A DNA stretch of 32,705 nucleotides from Octopus bimaculoides (Eukaryota). The stretch spans positions 64,687,782-64,720,486 of the forward strand of contig NC_068985.1 of assembly GCF_001194135.2 (NCBI RefSeq). Direction: 5' to 3'. Under the pieces are notes generated by a model. That model was given only the letters and a program-made list of their open reading frames with translations. It had not been told where the DNA came from and did no database searches. Shown here piece after piece: positions 10,038 to 21,388 of the stretch (position 1 is the stretch's first letter; the number at the start of each line of letters is the position of its first letter). Both the position numbers and the translations under genes were made by a program.

Positions 10038-11545
10038 ATCATCATCATCATCATCATCATCGTTTAACGTCCGCTTTCCATGCTAGCATGGGTTGGACGA
10101 TTTGACTGAGGACTGGTGCAACCGGATGGCTACACCAGGCTCCAATCTAATTTGGCAGAGTTTCTACAGCTGGATGCCCTTCCTAACGCCAACCACTCAG
10201 AGTGTAGTGGGTGCTTTTACGTGTCACCCGCACGAAAACGGCCACGCTCGAAATGGTGTCTTTTATGTGCCACCCGCACAAGAGCCAGTCCAGGGGCACT
10301 GGCAACGATCTTGCTCGAAAACCCTACAAGGCCAGTCAGGCGGTACTGGCAACNNNNNNNNNNNNNNNNNNNNNNNNNNNNNNNNNNNNNNNNNNNNNNN
10401 NNNNNNNNNNNNNNNNNNNNNNNNNNNNNNNNNNNNNNNNNNNNNNNNNNNNNNNNNNNNNNNNNNNNNNNNNNNNNNNNNNNNNNNNNNNNNNNNNNNN
10501 NNNNNNNNNNNNNNNNNNNNNNNNNNNNNNNNNNNNNNNNNNNNNNNNNNNNNNNNNNNNNNNNNNNNNNNNNNNNNNNNNNNNNNNNNNNNNNNNNNNN
10601 NNNNNNNNNNNNNNNNNNNNNNNNNNNNNNNNNNNNNNNNNNNNNNNNNNNNNNNNNNNNNNNNNNNNNNNNNNNNNNNNNNNNNNNNNNNNNNNNNNNN
10701 NNNNNNNNNNNNNNNNNNNNNNNNNNNNNNNNNNNNNNNNNNNNNNNNNNNNNNNNNNNNNNNNNNNNNNNNNNNNNNNNNNNNNNNNNNNNNNNNNNNN
10801 NNNNNNNNNNNNNNNNNNNNNNNNNNNNNNNNNNNNNNNNNNNNNNNNNNNNNNNNNNNNNNNNNNNNNNNNNNNNNNNNNNNNNNNNNNNNNNNNNNNN
10901 NNNNNNNNNNNNNNNNNNNNNNNNNNNNNNNNNNNNNNNNNNNNNNNNNNNNNNNNNNNNNNNNNNNNNNNNNNNNNNNNNNNNNNNNNNNNNNNNNNNN
11001 NNNNNNNNNNNNNNNNNNNNNNNNNNNNNNNNNNNNNNNNNNNNNNNNNNNNNNNNNNNNNNNNNNNNNNNNNNNNNNNNNNNNNNNNNNNNNNNNNNNN
11101 NNNNNNNNNNNNNNNNNNNNNNNNNNNNNNNNNNNNNNNNNNNNNNNNNNNNNNNNNNNNNNNNNNNNNNNNNNNNNNNNNNNNNNNNTGAGCAGGGCCA
11201 TCTACCTGAAGGGGTTTGTGTTTTATCTACCTTCCTACTTATTAGGATTTTGGTTTTTGCTAGGTTGACTCTAAGGCCCTTCGATTCTAGTCCTTGCTTC
11301 CACACCTTAAACTTCTCCTCTAGTTCTGATAGTGACCTGTCTTGAATTCCTCCGTGATCGCCTGGAGGACTATGATAAATAGGAGGGGGCTGAGGACGTA
11401 ACCTTGGTGAACCCCTACCTCTACCTGGAATTCATTACTGTACTCATTTCCAACCTTCACCTTACTGACAGCATCTCTGTACATGGCTCGCACAGCTCTC
11501 ACTAACCATTCTTCTATCCCAAGTTTCCTCATTGACCTGCCTTTG
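10038..11545 (-). mobile_element. RTE-clade LINE, 5'-truncated, gapped
   Basis: RT motif GVHQGYVLSPLLFIIVL and KGLRVNLAKTK; 3' UTR with (GAT)n tail at 10038-10061; homologous to 22638-22915. Confidence 0.88.
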
Positions 11546-12134
11546 TAGTGAGAACAAGTGTTGTTGCATTAAAAAATTATTAAGTTTTGTTTGTATATGT
11601 AGCGACCATGTAATTATTGACTCCCCACACTAATTTGTTGCAATTGGCTAAAATATCGATCAGTTATAGAACCCTCTGTTGTAATTCATTAAATGTTGTG
11701 TGGGAATTGGATTGAAAGTCCAATCATGTTTTGCATAATATATTTCAAGTGACAAATTTTGTATGTGTTCTGGAACCCACATTTTACCACGAGAGAGGTG
11801 AGAACAGTCATTGAAGCAAATTGCAGGAACCAGCCATGCAGAGAAGAATTGGCACACAACAAAGACATACAACTAAACTTAATCACCAGGATGATGGAGA
11901 AACGACAACCCTTCAGAACTTGTTAATGTTTTCATTGTGTCCAAACTACTGTACAAATTTTATGAAGCAATAAAGACTCAATGTTTCAAGATTGCCTTTC
12001 TTATTAATTCATATTCATCAAACACGTAACATGATATTGAACAATGAGATACATGCACACTTTGTGAAATTATATAAGAGGTTACCATTTCTGCTCCTAA
12101 AATAGATCTTTTAAAATTTGTAAAGATTTTCGAT

Positions 12135-13362
12135 AAACACCCTGATGAATTTCTGGGTGTGCATGGAGGTTATGGCTATGGCTCCAGAAATGAAGAGGGG
12201 ACAAGGTTACTGGAGTTTTGTGAAGCTCATGGCTTACTGGTCTGCAACACCAACTTCAGAGCATCTGCCAACCATCTGATCATTTATCAGTCTGGTGGCA
12301 CACCAGCTAGGTCAACAATATCCTCACCAGACACAAGGACAGATATATGCTAGTAAATGCAAAATTTTTTCCAGGGGAAGAATGTATAATGTAATATAGG
12401 CTGTGGTTAGTGACTTCAGAGTTAGGACCTGAAGGATTCAGTGACAAGCCAATGTGAAAAGGAAGTTATGGAAGATCAAGGATCCTTCAAACAAATAGAA
12501 ATTTAGAGATGTTCTTAATGAAGCCTTTGATGAGAAGAAGGAAGAGATAGAAGCATATGATGTGGAGGACAACTGGAAGTTCCTATGGGACAATCTACTG
12601 AGGGCAACAGGCCAAGTCCGTGGTTGGGGCAAAGTCTTTGCCACAGATTCAGAAAGCTTTTACCTCTGTTGACAACCAAAGGATTCTTTCTCTGCATACG
12701 AACTTCAATTCTACATGGTAGTGAGACATGGGTCCTGAATGCAGAGAGCATGTGAAAGCTAGAGAGGAATGAGGTTAGTATGCTCTGACAGAGTGTTAGT
12801 GTATTGAGAGAGAAGCTAGGCATAAGAGGATTTAGATGTAGTGTGCAAGAAAAGACTGCACTGGTTTGGTCATGTAATGCGGATGGATGCTGAAAGTTCC
12901 ATAAAGAAGTGCCATTCACTCAAAGTGGATGAAACTAATGGAAGAGGGAGACTCAGGAAGACATGGGACAAAGTACTGAAGGATGACCTCAGAATGCTGA
13001 ACCTTTCAGATGAGATGAAAAAGGACCAAAATACCTGGTGCCTTGCTGTACTGTACTTAAGAAGACCTGTCCTCCACAGCATAAGTTTTAAGGTCGCATC
13101 CCCTGGAGAAGAGGATTGGCTTGCAAGAGTCCTGTACTAGTGCCATGTAAAAAGCACTCATGTCAGTTCCATGTTAAAAGCACTTGTACCAGTGCCACAT
13201 GAAAACACTCAGCACATACTGTATAGTGATTGGCATTGGGAAGGGTATCCAGCTGTTGATACCAAGCCAAACTAGACTGGAACCTGGTGCAGCTTCCCAG
13301 CTCTGGTCAAACTTTCCAACCCATGTCAGCATGGAAAACAGACGTTAAAGGATGATGATGAT
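12135..13362 (+). mobile_element. RTE-clade LINE, internally deleted (APE C-terminus joined to ORF C-terminus)
   Basis: HGGYGYGSRNEEGTRLLEFC; LHGSETW; RLHWFGHVMRM; RGRLRKTW; (GAT)n tail near 13350-13362. No RT core motifs present. Confidence 0.87.
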
Positions 13363-13619
13363 TTCATCAGTTTCACTGCCTGAGCCTTCTTTCTTTCCTT
13401 CTCCCTCTCAGTGTTCCTTAGCTTGCAGAGGTGTTTCTTAACATCATTATAGAGCAATTTTAACTGTCTTTTTTTTCTCACACCTGCCTCAATCCACCTA
13501 CTCCTCAAAGATTTCTTCCATAAGGTAACTGTTCTTGCTATTGCCTCCTTTTACATTTTTTTTGTTGTTTCTACTTGGTGTGTCAAACATTTCCTCACCA
13601 ATATTATAGATTGAATTAT

Positions 13620-13830
13620 GGCAGTGAGCTGACTATTAGCATGCTGGGCAAGATGCTTAGTGGCATTTCATCCATCTCTATATTTTGAGTTCAAATTCTG
13701 CCAAGGTCAAGTTTGTCTTTCATCTTTTTGGAGTCTATAAAATAAATACCAGTTGAGCACTGGAGTTGATGTAATCAACTTCTCCCTCCCCTTGAAACTG
13801 TTGGCCGTTGCCAAATTGAAACCAATATTA
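13620..13830 (+). mobile_element. tRNA-derived SINE
   Basis: GGCAGTGAGCTG head, B-box-like GAGTTCAAATTC at 13687-13698, and a central block resembling recalled cephalopod SINEs. Confidence 0.6.
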
Positions 13831-13989
13831 TACATTGGATTGGCAAATATCTGGTGCTCTTAATGATAAAATGCTTTTGATTTATTAAAGGAATAGATAG
13901 ATAAATTTAATAAAAAACGACTATATGTATATATATATATGATACATATAGTTACATACGTTGTTATATACTCTGTGAAGCTCCTTCAC

Positions 13990-14409
13990 GAAACCTGTAG
14001 TTTTAATGTTATAAGTTACCTCCCTGGCCCCAGCAGACAAAATGGAAAAGGTACTGCCCCTGTGGAGGGAGATGCACTGAAACAGCCACTCTGAGTCACA
14101 GGGCTCACACTTGCTGACACTCATCTCCACCTTGATAGCAGTGAATAGGGACATGTTCCAGGGGCCAAGAATGTCAGAAGTCTCCACCACCACAGGCTTG
14201 ACCATAAACCCGTTGGAGAGTGACCGATACTTGGACAGCTTGCCTTTCTCAGCTTGATTAGCAGCAGAGCCTGGGCTGGTAGCTGACTGTGCCAAGTTGC
14301 TGTTGGAGAAGGTGTCACAGCATGTCACTTCCCAGATGAGGGCCCTGCAACCACAGAAGAGGAAAATTGTCATACTGTTTAGCCTTTTACCATCCCCTTC
14401 TGGTTTCAT
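13990..14409 (-). pseudogene. CRE-like non-LTR retrotransposon, restriction-like endonuclease C-terminus
   Basis: DGKRLNSMTIF...LIWEVTCCDTF...GSAANQAEKGKLSKY...PVVVETS..LG...LFQCISL matches the recalled DG.RPDG..W.G..LVWD.T..DT...AE..K..KY...P.A.ET.G pattern. Confidence 0.75.
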
Positions 14410-14561
14410 TTTGCAGTTTTTGTGTGTTGTGTGCGATTATATTTTTAAAATTAGTAGTTGAGCTAAAACTGATTTTTAAGTTATGTCTATTGAAGAGCTT
14501 ACTATAACTATGGTTGACTGGAAAATGTCTATCTATCAGTGCTAAGAAATACTTACCTATA

Positions 14562-15215
14562 TTAAAGGTGACTTCGGGGGAGTAGGAGTGTGTGAACCAG
14601 ATTAGTTTTCCTATTCCTATGTTTCCTTTTCTTTATTATTGGACTGGTGACAGGTGTATAGGTTATTTCCTCGCTAAATCCACTATATTTTAGAGCCTTA
14701 TTATATACTGGGGCAACGCTATTAAAAATGTCCTTGTTGGAGGAGAGGCTAGAAATTCTTTTGCTAATGTTTCTAATTAAATTTTTAAACACTATGGGGG
14801 GATGGCAGGAACCCACATTAATATAACTAAGTCTATTGTTGGGCTTCGTATAAGGTTTATAAATATTCTTATTTAGATCTAAGGATACATCCAAGAAACT
14901 GACAACCGTCAGGTTGGCATCTGTAGTTATGCTAAGACCGAAAGTTTGCATCAATTGGATAATGTCCTTCCTAAACCGATCCTGTGCTGGTCCATTGGTA
15001 TTTGCGGTTAAAGCTAGGGCATCATCTTTGTAAATGGCAAAATATACATCAGGAAGTCTTGCCCAATGTATCAAGTAGGAATAGTCCAATGAGATCGCAT
15101 ATGCCTGCTCCATCATATGACCCCATGCTCACATCGAAAGCACCCTCTGTATCGGTAGTCTTGGCCCACTCTGCATTCTCACTGAAGAGTAAAGTCTTTC
15201 TAACATGGAAGATTA
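14562..15215 (-). pseudogene. Penelope-like element RT fragment (Naiad/Chlamys-type motifs)
   Basis: AFDVSMGSYDGAGICDLIGLFLL (ATG at 15126), frameshift, then IYKDD (15032-15021), FLDVSLDL, YINVGSCHPP, ALKYSGF. Confidence 0.85.
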
Positions 15216-15270
15216 TGTAGACAGGATAAGGACATACATTGTGTATGTGTGTTTGATAATATATATATAT

Positions 15271-15381
15271 ATATCACATTGAATGCACCTGTTCTTGTCC
15301 AGTCACTGATGTTAAGCAATGTCATGCCTAGTTAGTATTTAGATGGTCAACTGCTTGGAAAACCTAGGTACTGTAAGCATC
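15271..15381 (+). pseudogene. 5S rRNA-derived sequence (pseudogene or SINE3 head)
   Basis: ATCAC.TTGAA..CACC.GTTCT.GTCC..TCAC.GA.GTTAAGCAA.GTC..GCC..GTTAGTA.TT.GATGG...ACTGC.TGG aligns without major gaps to 5S rRNA from about nt 11 to the end. Roughly 70% identity by eye to a recalled consensus, with many CpG-decay changes; followed by TTTTT. Confidence 0.85.
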
Positions 15382-15604
15382 TTTTTGAGAAAGTGATTAT
15401 ACTGGCAGTGCCCCAGTATGGCCACACTCTTTGGACAGAAATCCATAAAAGAATATATATCTGTACTTATATGTCTGTGTATGTATACAAATATGTATAT
15501 AGATATTTTTCTTGAAGTTCATAGAAAATAATTGTAAACAAGACTCAGGAGAATCACAACTTTCCAGCATCTGAGCATTCTTGTTATTATGTTTCTGTTG
15601 AAAT

Positions 15605-16668
15605 TTAATGCCTTTTTTTCAATTAAGCTTGAAAACATTAAAGTACTTCATAAAATATATTTGTCATCATAAATCTGATGTCCCCCCCCACTGTTTTAAT
15701 TCCTATTTTTCATCAACAATTTTAACAAATCAGTTAATAATATTTTCTTGTTCATTGTTCACAACTTTCTGGCAACATTCTACTAGCTTGTCAAAACCTT
15801 AATGGTAGAAATCACCTGGGTCTTGACTCAAAGAATTAAAAATTCATCAACCCACATTTTCAGCTCCACATCATTGTTGGAGAATGACCAAAAATGATGA
15901 TAATCAGAAGAATACAGTGGGTGTGGTAGAACTTCTTAACAGCTCTTGAATAGCATTTTTAGTCAAATTAGTGGTATTGGATGGAGATCACTCTTTCCTC
16001 TGCTTCATATTGAAATAGAGACACCATTTTCATCACGTGACAGTACAATAAAGAAATCTCTGTCTCCTCAACTAGCCTGGTGTCAAGTGAGCAGACTGGC
16101 AGTGATAGAGGAGTGCTGGCATTTGTCTCTTTGGTTCAGAGCATATGGCATCCAAGCCCTGAATTTTTTAACTTTACCCATTGAATGAAAGTGATATGTC
16201 TATCACTTTTATAGTATTATGACAGCATCACAACTGCAGGGCCACTTCTCTAGTGGTTTGGTATGGATCTTCGTGGGTGAGCTCATTCAATTGTTTTTCA
16301 ATGCAGTGTATAAGTCAGATGGACTACAAAGAATTTGTTAAGTTAAATTTCCCCTCCCTGAAATCTAGAAACCATTTCTTTACGGTTCTTTTAGTAATAA
16401 TGATTTCTCCATAACAACACAAATGTCTTGGGTGGTTTTGACAGCTTTGGAAGCTTGATTGAAAGTGAAGAGAAGCAGGTGTTGCAAATGCAAATTTGTT
16501 TCTACTTGGCATTTTATTGTCATATGTTTGAAAAGAGGTAAAAGTCATTCGAATTTCAATAATGATAAGCAAAAGTTGCTGAGGAAGGCTAAAGTTACTA
16601 AAACAAAATCAATAAAAATATTTTTGTGTGCCAATTGAAAGAAACAGTCAAATTTATTTGACAGTCTA
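15605..16668 (-). mobile_element. Degenerate, internally deleted mariner
   Basis: HLCCYGEIIITKRTVKKWFLDFREGKFNL (HTH); VKKFRAWMPYAL; a DEKW-like region; C-terminal KMWVDEF..GFDKLVECCQKVVNN. Boundaries approximate. Confidence 0.78.
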
Positions 16669-16751
16669 ATTGTTCACTTTAAAATAGTTTTCTTGTATCA
16701 TAGAATCAGGGGCAAACTCAGGCTGGTTGGTATCAAAAAGATCAACAAGAT

Positions 16752-16817
16752 TTATATCAGGTACATTTTTGTTTATATCAGGTACATTTTGTTAATATCA
16801 GGTACATTTTGTTAATA
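16752..16817. repeat. Minisatellite, about 3.3 copies of a 20-21-bp unit (TATATCAGGTACATTTTGTT)
   Basis: Direct observation. Confidence 0.85.
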
Positions 16818-17180
16818 ATTTGTTTCTATTTGTTTGATCTTGTGTAATTCATAGCACCCCTGAAAACATGACTTTGATGCCTACTCACTCAGAACTGACT
16901 TAAATTTGAGCAACAGCAAATGATGTTTCTGGATATAAAAGAATGTTATCCTCCACTTTTCTTAGTTTAACATATATAATTTCACACAATATGAAGGTGT
17001 AGCTGTAGCCAGTAAATATGTAGACTTCTTATAAGGTTGTATGATGTAATTTTAATAACTACTTACAGAGTAAAGTTCAAATGTTCTGCTAATGATTTAT
17101 ATTTACAGTTTATCAATATAGTATTGTAGTAAATGTCCACTGTTGAATCTCTCCTTTTTAGCTGTTCTCTATATCTCATA

Positions 17181-17198
17181 CTGTTTTCTCTGTTTCAG
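17181..17198 (+). promoter_or_regulatory. Probable splice acceptor of the zinc-finger exon
   Basis: Polypyrimidine tract CTGTTTTCTCTGTTTCAG ending at 17198, about 315 nt upstream of the CDS. Confidence 0.6.
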
Positions 17199-17514
17199 AA
17201 TATCAGATGACATTGGAGTAAAAGAAATTTTTACTTAGATACATCATATTCAACAAAAAAGGAAGGTATTACACTGAATCCATATAACCCTGTTTATGTA
17301 AATTCTTGGTGAATTACTATCTGGAATCTGTACAGGATTAACTTGGACAAATTTATAGAGTTTGCAGTATCTTTAGATACTGATAAAAACACTGTAAAAA
17401 TATTAGTTAGGAATAAAGTATGAAAACAAAAAGACATATGATATAATGTGTTGAAAGAAGAAAAATTATGGAAAATGAATTGAGAACCGTGTTAAATGCA
17501 TAACAGAGTCTAAA

Positions 17515-19014
17515 ATGAATGATCTTCCTGATGTGATGCTGAAAGATACAAGAAAAACATCATTCCATTGTGATATCTGTGATAAGTCATTCTCTCAAAA
17601 AGCTAATCTCTTTACTCATAAACGTATTCACATTGGAGAAAAACCATATTGCTGTGATATCTGTGGTAAATCTTTCACTCGAAATAATGTCTTGACTACT
17701 CACAGACGCATTCATACAGGAGAAAAGCCATATCATTGTGATATCTGTGGTAAATCATTCTCTCGAACATGTGAAGTAACTACTCACAAACGCATTCATA
17801 CAGGAGAGAAGCCATATCATTGTGATATTTGTGGTAAATCATTCTCAGAAGGAGGTACCTTAACTAAACACAAACGTATTCATACAGGAGAAAAACCATA
17901 TTGCTGTGATATCTGTGGTAAATCATTCTCTCGAAGTAATGTCTTAACAACTCACAAATATATTCATACAGGAGAGAAGCCATATCACTGTGAGATCTGT
18001 GGTAAATCATTCTCTCGAACAAGTGAATTAACTACTCACAAACGTATTCATACAGGAGAAAAACCATATCACTGTGGTGTCTGTGGTAAATCATTCTCTG
18101 AAGGAGGTAACCTAACTAAACACATTCGTATTCATACAGGACAGAAAGCATTTCATTGTGATATCTGTGGTAAATCATTCTTTCAAAGAGTTCACTTAAC
18201 TTCTCACAGATATATTCATACAGGAGAGAAGCCACATCATTGTGATATCTGTGGAAAATCTTTCTCTGAAAAGAGTCACTTGACTAAACACAATTGTATT
18301 CATACTGGAGAGAAACCATATCATTGTGATATCTGTGGCAAATCTTTCTCTCAAACAAGTCAATTAATTATACACAACAGATGTACCCATACAAGAAAGC
18401 ACCTGTGTCACTGTGAAATCTGTGGTAAATCATTCTCTGAAACAAGTTACCTAGCTTCTCACATACGTGTTCATACAGGAGAGAAGCCATATCATTGTGA
18501 TGTCTGTGGAAAATCATTCTCTGTAAGAAGTAGTTTAACTACTCACAAACATATTCATACAGGGGAAAAACCATACCACTGTGATGTCTGTGGTAAATTA
18601 TTCTCAGTAAAAAGTCACTTAACTAAACACAATCGCATTCATACAGGAGAGAAGCCCTACTGCTGTGATATCTGTGGTGTAGCATTCACTCAGACAGGTC
18701 ATTTAACTACTCACAAGTATATTCATACAGGTGAGAAACCTTATCACTGTGATATCTGTGGTAAATCATTCTCTCAAACAAGTCATTTAACTATTCATAA
18801 ATATATTCATACAGGGCAGAAACCATATCATTGTGATATCTGTAATAAATCATTCTCTCAAAATAGTGACCTAACTAAACACAAACGTGTTCATACAAGT
18901 GAGAAACCATTTCATTGTGATATTTGTGGTAAGTCATTCTCTGAAGGAAGTGTCTTAACTAAACACAAATACATTCATTTACGAGAAAAATCATATCTTG
19001 GTGATATATGGTAA
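17515..19014 (+). CDS. Tandem C2H2 zinc-finger protein, 17 fingers, 499 aa, no KRAB or other effector domain visible
   Basis: 17 C-x2-C-x12-H-x3/4-H repeats with TGEKPY linkers in an uninterrupted ORF. Confidence 0.93.
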   Translation: MNDLPDVMLKDTRKTSFHCDICDKSFSQKANLFTHKRIHIGEKPYCCDICGKSFTRNNVLTTHRRIHTGEKPYHCDICGKSFSRTCEVTTHKRIHTGEKPYHCDICGKSFSEGGTLTKHKRIHTGEKPYCCDICGKSFSRSNVLTTHKYIHTGEKPYHCEICGKSFSRTSELTTHKRIHTGEKPYHCGVCGKSFSEGGNLTKHIRIHTGQKAFHCDICGKSFFQRVHLTSHRYIHTGEKPHHCDICGKSFSEKSHLTKHNCIHTGEKPYHCDICGKSFSQTSQLIIHNRCTHTRKHLCHCEICGKSFSETSYLASHIRVHTGEKPYHCDVCGKSFSVRSSLTTHKHIHTGEKPYHCDVCGKLFSVKSHLTKHNRIHTGEKPYCCDICGVAFTQTGHLTTHKYIHTGEKPYHCDICGKSFSQTSHLTIHKYIHTGQKPYHCDICNKSFSQNSDLTKHKRVHTSEKPFHCDICGKSFSEGSVLTKHKYIHLREKSYLGDIW

Positions 19015-19215
19015 ATCACTTTGTAGTAAATTAACTTAACCACTAAAGTGTTCATACAAGAGATGAGCCTTATTGTTGTAATGGTATGTTGTCAATCATT
19101 TTCTTATAGATATACCTTTACTACTCATGAACATATTCATCCAGGAGAGAAACTGTTACTGGGATATTTGTGGTATAATATTTCTCAAAAAAAAAACAAT
19201 CACTTAACTATACAA
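19015..19215 (+). pseudogene. Relic zinc fingers (about 3) after the stop codon
   Basis: GATATA(TG)TGGTAAATCA frameshift at the stop, then VHTRDEPYCC, CQSFSYRYTFTTHEHIHPGEK and DICG remnants. Confidence 0.75.
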
Positions 19216-19404
19216 GGTTTTATCAAAATGTATCAGGACTGTTGCTATAAAAAGAAAACTAAATCACATATCAATTTGGCTTTTAATATCCTATGAAGTA
19301 GTCTCCTTCTGAAGCCACACACTTCATCCAATATCATTTCCATTAATGGGAGCATTCCAGTAAATCTTTTTTTGGGAATGCCATTTTGCATTCTCTTGCA
19401 TTTC

Positions 19405-20126
19405 CTTGATCAAAAAGTATAGTAATGGAGCTAAAGAATGCAGAATGAAGTCACTTCACACAGATTGACCTTGGACTCTGTCAAGCATTCACACTAAGTT
19501 ATAATGTTCTCATTCACTTCTATTGTTCATAGCAGTGCTTGGAAAATCTCAACCTCTCTGAGCCTGAAGCAAGCACAAATGAGTTAAAGCAATGTGAAGT
19601 TTTCTTCAACTACAAGGGCATTGTTCATTATCAGTATGCTCCACCTGGTCAGAAAGTAAACAAGGAGTACTACAGTGACATTTTGCAGCATTTACAGGAT
19701 GGTGTTCATTGGAAAAGGACAAAATTGCATGTGTTCAATGAGTGACAGTTCCACCATGACAACACACCTGTTCATTCACCGCAGCTTGTCCAGCAGTTTT
19801 TGGTCAAGCACAATGTTCCCCAGGTTTGACAACCACCATATTTCCCAGATCTCACCCCTTGTGGCTTTTTCTCTTTCCAAAAAGCAAATCCCATTTGAAA
19901 GGGACAAGTTCAAGACATCAAGGAAATTCAAGAGAATGCACTGAGCCAGTTCCTCACTATCCCCAAAAAAGGAGTTCCAGGAATGCTTCCATCAATGGAA
20001 CTGATACTGGATAAAGTGTGTAGCCTCAGAAGGGGACTAATTCGAAGGAGATTAAATACCCAATTGATATTTGTTGTAGTTTTTGTTTTTATAGCACCAG
20101 TCCTAATACTTTTTCATCAGACCTCA
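19405..20126 (+). mobile_element. Internally deleted mariner
   Basis: FFNYKGIVHYQYAPPGQKVNKEYY, HHDNTPVH, PPYFPDLTPCGFFLF. Right TIR ends CATCAGACCTCA+TA; left TIR remnant TGATCAAAAAGTAT near 19407. Confidence 0.85.
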
Positions 20127-20997
20127 TATATATGTGTGTGTGAGTGTGTATGAATATGTATTCTCACAAGACAGCAACTCTATCGATGACAAAAATTATT
20201 CTATGAAAAATAACTCTTCTATAACCAAGAAAAAAGTATGTGATAAAAAGCTCCCAAAATTATATTTTATATAATCACAATTATATCTACATTTCTAAGG
20301 TAACTTGCCGCTCTGATATTTTTAATAACTTATGTATATAATAATGTGTGTATCCTATCAGAGAACAATTCTCATATTTGTTGAAATTTATAGAATTTTA
20401 TAATATTCTTATTTATAGCATAATTCCTTATAAAGCTGAGTGGTATAATTTGTGAATCGTTATCTTTGTTGGTATATCAATAGCCGTTCTCCTTGTTGAT
20501 ATAGGCTGGACATGTCTGTCATGCAAGATATCACTATATTTCCTCAAACTTTCCTCATCTTCAGTTCTGAAGCCAAGATCTTAGGTTTTTTTGTTTTTTT
20601 TTTTTAGTTATTAAGAATATTTACAAAGAATGATAAACAGGATCTCAGTTTTTTTCTCTTTTAACTTGTAACTTTTTTCATCTTAACTCTGAAACCCAAT
20701 ATCTTGAATATTTTTGAGTTAAGAATATTTACACAGAATGATAACTTAAAATTTAAATAAAGCTGGTTTATTCCTAATTTTTCTTTTACTTTCATTTTAC
20801 ATTGTGTCAACACAAACATAAACTATAGAATTTACAAACTTAGTCAATGTATAATAAAAGTTACATATTTCTCTTAATGATCTTTACTAACTGTTCACTC
20901 TATAGCTGTACAATTTATTGATAATTAATATTAGAGGTTATACTGCAGTGAATAAAATATAAATAATGGGATAACTATACATTTTAAATTATATACA

Positions 20998-21388
20998 TGT
21001 TTAGGAGAGTGGGTTATATATCTTTAGATATACACCTAACTCTCCTACATTAAATTGGAAGAGGACCGAACGCAGAAACTCCAAACTGATCAACAACAAC
21101 AAATATTTATTGTTCGGTGTAAAAGGTAAACAGCATCTAATTGTCCGGTTTAGAGTAGCCTGAAATGTTGGTTGTACGGTTCTTCGTGCCGGTGTCGTTA
21201 TAAAGACAACTTGGTTCAACCACATTCAAATGGGAGAGCTTGCTTAGACGTCTTGCTTGGTCGCTGTCTGCCTTGGTAAGAGACAGAATCGAAGCGGGAA
21301 CGCTTCGATGTTTAAACTCACGCATGCGTGGTTAAAGATTCAGCAATGGCGCCTATGCTTTTTTTGGCGCTAATATGACGTCACTACA
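20998..21388 (-). mobile_element. Diverged solo LTR, copy D of the same family
   Basis: TGTTTAG...CACTACA plus-strand termini, the same terminal palindrome, and the AGCGGGAACG...ACGCATGCGT block. No clean TSD. Confidence 0.6.

Noticed and set aside
11620-11960. Faint resemblance to a Gypsy integrase zinc-binding region
   Set aside because: Too decayed; no continuous motif in any frame.
14562-15215. Possible selenocysteine recoding, as known for some Naiad PLEs
   Set aside because: The fragment is frameshifted, and no in-frame TGA at a conserved Cys or SECIS element is visible.
20611-20745. ~27-bp direct repeat (TTAAGAATATTTACA.AGAATGATAA)
   Set aside because: Short AT-rich local duplication with no associated structure.
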